Source of the DNA: a bacterium
Lineage (GTDB): Bacteria > Ratteibacteria > UBA8468 > B48-G9 > DTJG01
DNA: 64,000 nucleotides
Assembly: GCA_029552985.1 (NCBI GenBank)
Contig: JAKPDB010000011.1
Coordinates: 2,833-66,832 of the forward strand
Direction: 5' to 3'
The position numbers and the translations under genes are program-made. A model generated the notes under the pieces. The model saw only the letters and a list, made by a program, of their open reading frames with translations, made no database searches and was not told where the DNA came from. The first letter of the stretch is position 1; every line of letters begins with the position of its first letter. Shown here piece after piece: positions 30,061-41,467 of this stretch.

Positions 30061-31086
30061 ATGGAAAAAATACTGATAACAGGTGGAGCTGGTTTTATAG
30101 GAACAAACCTGGCGTTAGATCTTGTGCGGAATCCAGGAAACAATGTGATTATTTTTGACAACCTTTCGCGACCAGGTGTTGAAAAAAATCTGAGATTTCT
30201 TTTATCGCATGGATATAAAAATCTTGAATTTATAAAAGGTGATATTAGAAATTACAAACTTGTCAAAGAAATCACCATAGGAGCGAAATCTATATTTCAT
30301 CTTGCGGCTCAGGTTGCTGTGACATCTTCTGTTAATGATCCGATTTATGATTTCCAGGTGAATGCAACGGGAACGTTATATCTCTTAGAAGCATGCAGAC
30401 AGAATTCCAGAAATGCGATGTTTCTATTTGCCTCTACAAACAAGGTTTATGGAGACCTTTCGCATCTGAAAATTAAACAAACCAGTACGAGATATAAACT
30501 TGTGGAGAGACCAGATGGTATATCCGAAAATGAATTACTTGATTTCCATTCTCCTTATGGCTGTTCAAAAGGCGCAGCAGACCAATATGTAAGAGATTAT
30601 TTTCGTATTTACGGAATGAAAACAGTTGTATTCAGACAGTCGTGCATCTATGGTCCTTATCAGCATGGAAATGTTGATCAGGGCTGGGTTGTGCACTTTA
30701 TTTTACAGAATCTTTCTTGTAATCCAATAACAATATATGGTGATGGAAAACAGGTAAGAGATATCCTTCATGTAAAAGACCTTATTGATGCTTATAAGAA
30801 GGTCATGCGTATGCCTGAGCAATGTGCTGGTAAAATTTTTAATATCGGCGGTGGAACAAAAAATTCATTCTCATTGCTTGAGTTAATATCCATTATCGAA
30901 AAAATCACAGGTAAAAAAATGAAGTATGGTTTTGATAACTGGAGGCCAGGAGACCAGAAGGTTTTTATCAGCCAAAATAAGAAAATTAAAAGAGAAATAA
31001 ACTGGAGGCCAAGAATTTCTGGATACGAAGGCATTAAGGAATTGATTAAATGGATAACATTACATCCAGAATTTTATTCAGGATAA
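30061..31086 (+). CDS. NAD-dependent sugar epimerase, CDP-paratose 2-epimerase-like extended SDR
   Basis: ITGGAGFIGTNL Rossmann motif; STNKVYGDL, LDFHSPYGCSKGAADQY (YxxxK), DQGWV, GKQVRDILHV. These closely recall the CDP-tyvelose/paratose 2-epimerase (RfbE) family. Confidence 0.78.
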   Translation: MEKILITGGAGFIGTNLALDLVRNPGNNVIIFDNLSRPGVEKNLRFLLSHGYKNLEFIKGDIRNYKLVKEITIGAKSIFHLAAQVAVTSSVNDPIYDFQVNATGTLYLLEACRQNSRNAMFLFASTNKVYGDLSHLKIKQTSTRYKLVERPDGISENELLDFHSPYGCSKGAADQYVRDYFRIYGMKTVVFRQSCIYGPYQHGNVDQGWVVHFILQNLSCNPITIYGDGKQVRDILHVKDLIDAYKKVMRMPEQCAGKIFNIGGGTKNSFSLLELISIIEKITGKKMKYGFDNWRPGDQKVFISQNKKIKREINWRPRISGYEGIKELIKWITLHPEFYSG

Positions 31087-31090
31087 AAAC

Positions 31091-32410
31091 ATGAAACACA
31101 TTGGTGTCATAGGAGCAGGACATGTGGGACTTGTAACAGCTGCATGTTTTGCAAAAATGGGTAATTTTGTCATCTGTGCTGACAATGATATTGTAAAGAT
31201 AAAGACCCTGAGAGAAAATCAGATGCCCTTTTATGAGCCACAACTTGAAAACATAGTCAAAGATACTGTAAAAAAAGGTAGATTAGTTTTTACATCTTCT
31301 GTGAATAAATTAGTTAAAAATTCAGAAATCATTTTTATTGCTGTTGGTACTCCTTCAACTGATAGTGGTGAAGCAGACCTGTCAGCAATAGAAAATGTGA
31401 TTTTTCAAATTGCAAAGGTGCTTAATTCAAAAAAACAAAAAAGAACATACAAACTCATCGTTGAAAAAAGTACTGTTCCTGTTTTTACTGGCCAATGGGT
31501 TAAGAAAAGTCTGAGTATTTTGACGCCGACAGGGATAGAATTTGATGTTGCGGCAAACCCTGAGTTTCTTCGGGAGGGAGCTGCAGTAAATGATTTCATG
31601 AAACCAGACAGAATTGTTGTGGGAGTGGAAAGCGAAAGGGCGAAAAGAATATTGCATGAACTTTACAAGCCTTTAAAATCGCCCATAATATTTACAGATA
31701 TTAAAAGTGCTGAATTGATCAAACATGCATCAAACTCTTTTCTTGCGACAAAGATTTCCTTCATAAACGCGATATCACAGATATGTGAAAAATGCGGTGC
31801 TGATATTGATAAGGTGGCTGAAGGTATGGGTTATGACAGAAGAATCGGTATGGCTTTTCTCAAAGCAGGAATTGGTTATGGGGGTTCATGTTTTCCTAAG
31901 GACATAAAGGCATTTATTCGTCTTGCAAAAAGATTTGGTATTTCCTTTAATCTTCTTAAAGAGGTTGAAAAAATCAATAAACAACAACGGGTAATTGTGA
32001 TAGAAAAAGCATTAAATTTCCTGAATGGAAGTTTAAAAAATAAAAAAATTTGTGCTTTGGGAGCATCATTTAAACCCTTTACAGATGACCTGAGAGAAAG
32101 TCCTGCTGTTGAAGTGATGAAAATGCTTATTTCAAAAGGAGCAAAAGTTATTTGTTACGACCCTGTGGCATTAAAAAATCTTTCGCGCACTTTACCTGGT
32201 GTTTTAGTAGCTCAAAATCCCTATGATGCATTGAAAGATGCTGAATTGATGATACTTTTAACAGAATGGCCACAGTTTCAATCTCTCGATTTCAAAAAGG
32301 TGAAGCAATTGATGAAAAAACCTCGAATTATTGATGGAAGAAATTTTCTCAATCCACAGTATCTCAAAAAACTCGGATTTCAGTATACCGGAATAGGAAG
32401 AAAAATATGA
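31091..32410 (+). CDS. ugd: UDP-glucose 6-dehydrogenase
   Basis: IGVIGAGHVGLVTAACFA, NPEFLREG, catalytic GGSCFPKD; 439 aa. Confidence 0.9.
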   Translation: MKHIGVIGAGHVGLVTAACFAKMGNFVICADNDIVKIKTLRENQMPFYEPQLENIVKDTVKKGRLVFTSSVNKLVKNSEIIFIAVGTPSTDSGEADLSAIENVIFQIAKVLNSKKQKRTYKLIVEKSTVPVFTGQWVKKSLSILTPTGIEFDVAANPEFLREGAAVNDFMKPDRIVVGVESERAKRILHELYKPLKSPIIFTDIKSAELIKHASNSFLATKISFINAISQICEKCGADIDKVAEGMGYDRRIGMAFLKAGIGYGGSCFPKDIKAFIRLAKRFGISFNLLKEVEKINKQQRVIVIEKALNFLNGSLKNKKICALGASFKPFTDDLRESPAVEVMKMLISKGAKVICYDPVALKNLSRTLPGVLVAQNPYDALKDAELMILLTEWPQFQSLDFKKVKQLMKKPRIIDGRNFLNPQYLKKLGFQYTGIGRKI

Positions 32411-33348
32411 ACATAATTGTTGTTGGAGGCGCTGGGTTTCTTGGAAGTCATTTATGTGATGCATTGGTGAGAAAGGGGGACAGGGTTTTGTGTATTGACA
32501 ATTTGATTACAGGAAATAAGGAAAACGTTGTGCATTTAGTGAAAAGCAGAAATTTTATTTTTATTGAAGAGGATATCATTACCTGTGAAGTTGAAAAAAA
32601 ATTGCTATTTACGCCTGATATTGTGTTTCATCTTGCAAGCCCTGCTTCTCCAAAAGATTATGTAAAATTTCCAATCGAAACTCTTCTGGTAAATTCTATA
32701 GGAACAAAGAAATGCCTGGACCTTTGCCTGAAAACAGGAGCAAAATTCCTTTTTACCTCTACTTCAGAGGTCTATGGAGACCCTTTAACAAGTCCGCAGA
32801 AAGAAGATTACTGGGGAAATGTTAATCCAATAGGACCTCGGTCAATGTACGATGAAGCGAAAAGATTTGGTGAGGCGATTACAATGGCTTATCACAAAAA
32901 GTATGGTATCAAAACATATCTCCCGAGAATTTTTAATACATATGGTCCAAGAATGCGACTTGATGATGGTAGAGTTATTCCAAATTTTATTTCGCAGGCG
33001 ATAAAAGGAGAGCCACTTACCGTATATGGTGATGGCAAACAAACAAGAAGTTTTTGTTATGTGGATGATTTAATAAGAGGTTTACTGATGCTTGTTGAAT
33101 CAAATTATCACATGCCTGTTAACCTTGGAAACCCCGAGGAATTCACGATTCTGGAACTGGCAGAAAAAATCAGGAATATTACACGAACGAATATTCAAAT
33201 TGAATTTTTGCCACCTCTTCCCGATGACCCGCGAAAAAGAAAGCCAGATATTGAGCTTGCAAAAAATCTTCTTGGATGGGAACCAACTATCAATCTTGAT
33301 GATGGACTTACAAAAACACTTTCTTATTATACTGGTAAAACATCATGA
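32407..33348 (+). CDS. uxs: UDP-glucuronate decarboxylase (UDP-xylose synthase)
   Basis: VVGGAGFLGSHLCD, TSEVYGDP..QKEDYWGNVNPIGPRSMYDEAKR, GDGKQTRSFCYVDD. Typical UXS/ArnA-C-terminal-like SDR located immediately after ugd. Confidence 0.85.
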   Translation: MNIIVVGGAGFLGSHLCDALVRKGDRVLCIDNLITGNKENVVHLVKSRNFIFIEEDIITCEVEKKLLFTPDIVFHLASPASPKDYVKFPIETLLVNSIGTKKCLDLCLKTGAKFLFTSTSEVYGDPLTSPQKEDYWGNVNPIGPRSMYDEAKRFGEAITMAYHKKYGIKTYLPRIFNTYGPRMRLDDGRVIPNFISQAIKGEPLTVYGDGKQTRSFCYVDDLIRGLLMLVESNYHMPVNLGNPEEFTILELAEKIRNITRTNIQIEFLPPLPDDPRKRKPDIELAKNLLGWEPTINLDDGLTKTLSYYTGKTS

Positions 33349-34469
33349 AAAAAGTGCTCATTACTGGAGGGGCAGGTTTTATTGGGAGTCATCTATGCGA
33401 CGCACTCATAGAAAAAGGCTACAAGGTTACAATTTTCGACTCACTTGACAGACAGGTTCATCCTGAGGGCAAAATTCCTGATTATATCAATAAAAAAGCA
33501 AATTTTGTAAAAGGCGATGTACGAAATTATGAAAAATTCAAGGACGTTTTGATTTTCCATGACTATGTTTTCCATTTTGCCGCAGCAGTTGGCGTAGGAC
33601 AATCTCAATATAAGATTTCAAAATATGTTGACACAAATATCTGTGGTACCGCAAATCTTCTTGATATACTTGTCAATACCAAGCATCGTATTAAAAAAGT
33701 AATAGTCGCTGCATCAATGAGCAGTTATGGTGAGGGTATGGCAAGATGTGAAAAGTGTGGAATATTTAAGCCAGAATTGAGAAACATTTCTAAAAGTGGG
33801 AAAAGAGACCGTAAATTCTGGGAAATAAAATGTCCAAAATGCAGGAAGATTGCAAGACCAATTCCAACAACTGAACAATCTCCATTATCGGCTAATTCAA
33901 TTTATGCTATTTCAAAAAAGGAACAGGAAGAAATGAGTCTTCTAATCGGAAAAACTTATGGCATACCTGTTGTTTCATTACGATTTTTCAATGTTTTTGG
34001 GCCGCGTCAATCCCTTTCTAATCCTTATACAGGAGTGACTGCTATTTTTATCAGTAGGATAAAGAATAATAATCCTCCTGTGGTTTTTGAAGATGGTTTT
34101 CAGACAAGGGATTTTATATGGGTAGGAGACGTTATAAAGGCAAATATTCTTGTCCTGGAACAGGATCGTGCAAATTATGAGATTTTCAATGTTGGATCTG
34201 GAAAGCCTGTAACTATTCTTGAAATCGCAAGACTTTTGATCAGGATGGCAGGAAAATCATTGCAGCCCATTGTGACCTACAACTTCAGAAAAGGGGATGT
34301 GAGACATTGTTTTGCAGATATAAAGAAGATAAAAAGAATGCTGGGATTTAAGCCGGAAGTTTCATTAAAGAAAGGGCTAACAATGTTATTGGACTGGTCA
34401 AAACAGACAGATGCCAGTGATGGTTTTGAAAGGGCGTTGAAAGAGTTAAAGGAAAAGAAACTTGTGTGA
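33345..34469 (+). CDS. NAD-dependent epimerase/dehydratase (extended SDR) with internal Cys4 zinc-ribbon insertion
   Basis: ITGGAGFIGSHLCD, YAISKKEQE (YxxxK). About 45 aa are inserted after the catalytic Ser region: CEKCG..x25..CPKCRK. Confidence 0.8.
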   Translation: MKKVLITGGAGFIGSHLCDALIEKGYKVTIFDSLDRQVHPEGKIPDYINKKANFVKGDVRNYEKFKDVLIFHDYVFHFAAAVGVGQSQYKISKYVDTNICGTANLLDILVNTKHRIKKVIVAASMSSYGEGMARCEKCGIFKPELRNISKSGKRDRKFWEIKCPKCRKIARPIPTTEQSPLSANSIYAISKKEQEEMSLLIGKTYGIPVVSLRFFNVFGPRQSLSNPYTGVTAIFISRIKNNNPPVVFEDGFQTRDFIWVGDVIKANILVLEQDRANYEIFNVGSGKPVTILEIARLLIRMAGKSLQPIVTYNFRKGDVRHCFADIKKIKRMLGFKPEVSLKKGLTMLLDWSKQTDASDGFERALKELKEKKLV

Positions 34470-35178
34470 GGAAAACAGGATTCTGTTAAGTATCGTTATT
34501 CCGGCAAGGAACGAGCAGGAAAATCTGGAAGAAACGATTGATTCCCTTTTTTCTTTTGTCAATGGGGATACTACTGAAATTATCGTTGTAAATGACCATT
34601 CAACTGATAACACAGAGATGATTGTGAGAAAAATTGCTAAGAAAAGACCGCAGGTAAAACTGGTTCATAATGACAATGAACCCGGTTTTGCGAATGCACT
34701 GAAAACAGGGTTCGCTCATGCAAAAGGTGAATATGTAATACCTGTAATGGCTGATGGATGTGATAATGCGGCAACGATTCAATTGATGATTGAAAAGGCA
34801 AAAGAAGGTTTTGATCTTGTATGCGGATGCCGGTACATGAAAAATGGTGGAAAATATGGAGGGCCAAAATTCCAAAACTTTTTTTCTAAATTTGTTTGCC
34901 TTTCTTTATATTATCTTGCTGGCATACCGACTCGAGATGTTTCCAATGCATTTAAGCTATACAGACGAAAATCGTTGCAGCAAATATGTTTGAATGAAAA
35001 GGGATTTGCTATTTCTATGGAAGCGGCATTAAAATTTTATTTTCAAGGATATAAAATATGCGATGTACCAACTGTATGGTATGGAAGAAAGAAGGGAAGA
35101 TCGAAATTTAAGATTTTAAAAACTTTTCCCTATATTAAACTTTACTTATGTGCGATAACGAATTCATGGAAACCTTAG
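34462..35178 (+). CDS. GT2 glycosyltransferase, DPM1-like (GT2c)
   Basis: LSIVIPARNE, IVVNDHSTDNT, acidic motif VMADGCD, CGCRY. TTG start overlaps the preceding stop. Confidence 0.8.
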   Translation: MCEENRILLSIVIPARNEQENLEETIDSLFSFVNGDTTEIIVVNDHSTDNTEMIVRKIAKKRPQVKLVHNDNEPGFANALKTGFAHAKGEYVIPVMADGCDNAATIQLMIEKAKEGFDLVCGCRYMKNGGKYGGPKFQNFFSKFVCLSLYYLAGIPTRDVSNAFKLYRRKSLQQICLNEKGFAISMEAALKFYFQGYKICDVPTVWYGRKKGRSKFKILKTFPYIKLYLCAITNSWKP

Positions 35179-35876
35179 AATTGTCTGTTGTAATTCCTGC
35201 CTATAATGAAGAAAAGAGAATACAACGAACTATTTCAAAAATATGCGAGTATTTTAAAGACAAGAATGCGGCGTTCGAAGTGATCGTTGTAGATGATGGT
35301 AGCATTGATTCCACCAGGAAAATTGTCTCATCCATGATTAATGAATTTCCAAACGTAAAACTTATCGTTCACTCAAAAAATGCCGGTAAAGGAGCAGCAG
35401 TTCAAACAGGTGTTTTGGCCGCGAAAGGAAAGATGGTTCTTGTCTCTGATGCTGATCTTTCTACGCCAATTTCCGAGATAGAGAAAATGGAACATTTTAT
35501 TTTCGAAGGATACGATATTGTGATTGGGTCAAGGAAATTAAAAGATTCAGTCATCCCTATTCCTCAGCCATGGCACAGGAAATTATCAGGATGGATTTTT
35601 CAATTTTTGGTACATCAAATTTTGAGATTGTCAATTTCTGATACACAGTGTGGATTTAAACTTTTCAAACTGGAAGTGGCCAAAAAAATTTTTTCAAATC
35701 TCAAACATAAGGGTTTTATTTTCGATGTAGAAATCTTATTCAGGGCAACACAGTTGAATTACTGTATAAAAGAAATTGGGGTCATTTGGATGAATTCGCC
35801 CTATAGTACTGTTAGAATTTTTAGAGATTCTATTCGCATGTTTATCGATTTGATTAAAATCAGGTTTGGAAAATGA
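35166..35876 (+). CDS. GT2 glycosyltransferase, ALG5/dolichyl-phosphate-glucose-synthase-like (GT2d)
   Basis: LSVVIPAYNEEKRI, VIVVDDGSIDST, NAGKGAAV, LVSDADLSTP, DTQCGFKLF, FDVEILF. ATG 35166 is preferred over 35148. Confidence 0.82.
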   Translation: METLELSVVIPAYNEEKRIQRTISKICEYFKDKNAAFEVIVVDDGSIDSTRKIVSSMINEFPNVKLIVHSKNAGKGAAVQTGVLAAKGKMVLVSDADLSTPISEIEKMEHFIFEGYDIVIGSRKLKDSVIPIPQPWHRKLSGWIFQFLVHQILRLSISDTQCGFKLFKLEVAKKIFSNLKHKGFIFDVEILFRATQLNYCIKEIGVIWMNSPYSTVRIFRDSIRMFIDLIKIRFGK

Positions 35877-37542
35877 AACACTGGTATGTGCTATCGCTGA
35901 TTTTGCTGTATATTGGATGCTGTACTTTGTATTTGCTCGGTATCACATGGGGTCTTCCTTCTTCATATATTGAGAATTATTATCATGGAAACATAAGCGT
36001 TTCACAACAGTATGTAAAACAAAGCTGGCAGATTTCAAAGGAAAAATCAGAAGAAAAATTACCACGTTCGGTTTTCAATTCCATCAGATCGTTTCATCCT
36101 GATGAACAAAATATTCTTAAAAGTATCAGCGCAATGTCTCCAGAGAAACTGGATTTCAATCCTCACTTTTTTGAGTATCCGTCCTGTCAGATATATCTTG
36201 TCGCCATTACTCTTGAAATATTTTCAATAATGAAATTTGTAAATTTAACCACTGATATTTCTTATTATTTCAATCACCGTGAAGAGATGGGAAAGATTTA
36301 TCTTGCGGGAAGATTATTGACAGTTACAATGGCAGTATGTGGTCTTATTTTTTTTACAATGGTGGCAGTTTTCCTGTATGGTAAATGGGGAGGGCTGTTT
36401 GCCACAGCGTGTCTGGGGTTATCTCCATTATATGTTATCAACAGCCACTATATGACAGTGGATATTCCTATGGTGTTCTGGATCATTGTATCACTTTTCT
36501 TTATAGTGAAATTTATCAGGACAAAAAAATTTTTATTCCTTTGCCTGTCTTCTTTTTTTATCGGTGTTGCATCTGGTACAAAGTATCCAGCTGTGACAAT
36601 GATTTTTGCTCTTCCGTTTGTATATTTTGCTGATAGGCGGAATTTTAATTTCCGCTTTTTTAAAGACACGATGATTTTGTTTTTCCTTCTTCTCGTGGGA
36701 TTTTTAATTACCACGCCTTATGCATTAATATCGTTTCAAGAATTTAAACGTGATGTAATGTACCAAACATTTTCACGGGGTGTCGGTGCTTCAGATTTTT
36801 TGAGTTATTTTCGATTTCCGGGAGAATGTTTTGGTGCATTGTGGGTTGGGGTATGGCTGATTTTGATTCTTTATATTGCTGGAATTTGCGTACAGGCAGT
36901 ACGAAGAAATTTTTCGGACAGAATTGTTCTTACTTGTTGCATGTTAATGTTTTTGCCGTTATTGAGTGCAGGCGGTTTTAAATATGCCCGCTACTATCTG
37001 ATTGTTTTGCCATTTTTAAGCTTAAGCGCTGGTTGTTTTTTTGACTGGATTTTACAAATTCGTAATTTACGGAGCAGACTATTGGGCGCTATGATGTGCA
37101 TGATTTTTCTTGTAGGTAGTTTTTCCAAATCCCTTGCCTATTCCGTCTTAATGAGTAAAAAAGATGTTCGCCTGATAGCTGCAGAATATATTGAAAGAGA
37201 AATTAAGCCAGCAAGCACAATTATTTACACAAAAGATCCGTGGATTTTTGAGGTTCCACCTGTTAGTCCATTAAAATATTCAGTATCAATTATTCCTGAA
37301 CACAGTTTACAGAATGCGAAACCAGGGAGTTTTTTAATTCTTGGCGAACTTCAGTATTTTCTGACTTCTGGTGACAGAATGCAAGAAATGAACAAAAAGA
37401 TCTGGCAGATGAAGAAAAAAGGATTTATTGTCAAAAAAATTTTCGCTAACCCTGCCAGGATTGGTCCATTTGAGTTTGATTTCAGGTGGACACTTCACGA
37501 TATGCTCTATGCTCATCCGTTAATATTTTTGTTTTATAAGCC

Positions 37543-37546
<4 letters not shown>
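35873..37546 (+). CDS. Large GT-C-like polytopic membrane protein (GTC-L2)
   Basis: 557 aa. TM1 then ITWGLPS, an RSFHPDEQ acidic loop, LDFNPHFFEY (identical decapeptide to GTC-L1), TTPYALISFQEF (compare TNPYVLLSFKEF), and a soluble C-terminal ~110 aa. Confidence 0.65.
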
Positions 37547-39971
<2,425 letters not shown>

Positions 39972-39975
<4 letters not shown>

Positions 39976-41126
39976 TAGGTTATCTGGACATCAAAAATGG
40001 TTGCGCTGGTGATATGATATGCGCAGCTCTTTCAGGTTGTGTAGATGTGAAGGAAGTTGAAAGACATCTAAAAAAAGTGAAATTTCCTTCAACATATGAC
40101 ATCGAGATACGTCAGGTGACGCGAGCTGTCGGGCATTTTCATGGAATTAAAGCCAATCAGTTTATTGTGAATGTTGAGGAAAAAGAAAATGAAAGGTCTT
40201 ACGATGAAATTGTTTCAATTTTTTTAAATAGCGGGCTATCTGCTTCAACAAAGAACAAAATACTGAAAATTTTTAATATTCTTGCAGAAGCGGAAGGCAG
40301 AGTTCATGGAGAGAATCTGGACCGATTGCATTTTCATGCTATTGGTCAAACTGATGCTCTTGTGGAAGTATCTTTTTCTGTCCTCGCGATGGAACAGCTA
40401 GAAATTACAAAACTGGTGGCTTCTTCTGTAGGTATTTCTAATGCTGCGCCCGCAACAATGGAGATGATTTCAGAAATTCCTGTGATACTTCGTAATATTC
40501 CTTTTGAAATATCAACACCAACAGGTATCGCAATCGTTAAAGGACTGGCAGATTCATTTGGTGATTCTCCGATAATGATGCCCCTTGGTTATGCGTTTGG
40601 AACAGGAACACAAACCACTGATTTGCCCAATACTGTTCAATTTGTGTATGGAAAAGAAGTTTTAGAAAGGGCAGAGACCATAGGCATCATTGAAACGTCT
40701 GTAGATGATATGAACCCAGTGATTTTTGAACATTTGATGGATACACTTTATCAAGCAGGCGCTCTTGAGGTTTGTTTTTTTACTGGTACCACGAAGAAAT
40801 CACGACCTGTTTTTTTGATTAGGATTTTGTGTAAGCCCGAACATAGAGAGGCAATTTCAAAAATCATTTTTCAGGAGACAACATCTCTTGGTTTAAGATA
40901 CAGAGAAGAAAACAGGATAGTTCTTGAAAGAGTTCAAAAAAAAATAAAAACTTTTTATGGTGAAATTAGTGTGAAATTTGGATATGTTGCTGGAGAAACA
41001 GTTAACATTATGCCAGAGTATGAAGATTGCAGGAGAGTCGCTATTGAGAAGAAAGTCCCCATTAAATTCGTAATGCAGGAAGCCGTGAAAACAGCGATTG
41101 AATTAGATAGGCAAAATAGAATATAA
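39972..41126 (+). CDS. larC: LarC-family (DUF111) nickel-insertion protein
   Basis: YLDIKNGCAGDMICAAL N-terminal motif (LD..G.SGDM..AAL), HFHAIGQTDALVEV, C-terminal EYEDCRRVA. Confidence 0.72.
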
Positions 41127-41169
41127 TATCTGGTTAACCATCTTCAGAATACAATAACTGGAGGAAAAC

Positions 41170-41466
41170 ATGGTGGTTGGTGTATGGATGGTTGAACTTC
41201 ATATGCCTTATGCGCAGAATCTCAAGGATAAAAGAAACATACTCCAATCAATTCTAACAAAGTCCAGAAGTCGTTATAATGTATCCATAGCAGAACTTGG
41301 CTATCATGATAAATGGCAAAGAAGTATTATGGGTGTTGCCTGTGTTGATTCTGAATCGTGCAGGGCTGAAAACATTTTTTCTGCAATTCGTAAAATTTTC
41401 GAAGAAAATGGAATGGTCATTGTGGTGAAAGAAAATATCAATTTTTATTCACTTGAGGATAGATAA
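41170..41466 (+). CDS. DUF503 family protein (YlxP-like)
   Basis: 98 aa; VGVWMVELHMPYAQNLKDKRNILQSILTKSRSRYNVSIAELG fits the DUF503 pattern; GGAGG RBS. Confidence 0.75.
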   Translation: MVVGVWMVELHMPYAQNLKDKRNILQSILTKSRSRYNVSIAELGYHDKWQRSIMGVACVDSESCRAENIFSAIRKIFEENGMVIVVKENINFYSLEDR

Positions 41467-41467
41467 A

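Noticed and set aside
33092-33448. 118-aa alternative-frame ORF across the uxs / zinc-ribbon SDR junction
   Set aside because: Both overlapped genes have strong SDR homology in their own frames. The alternative frame has no motif.
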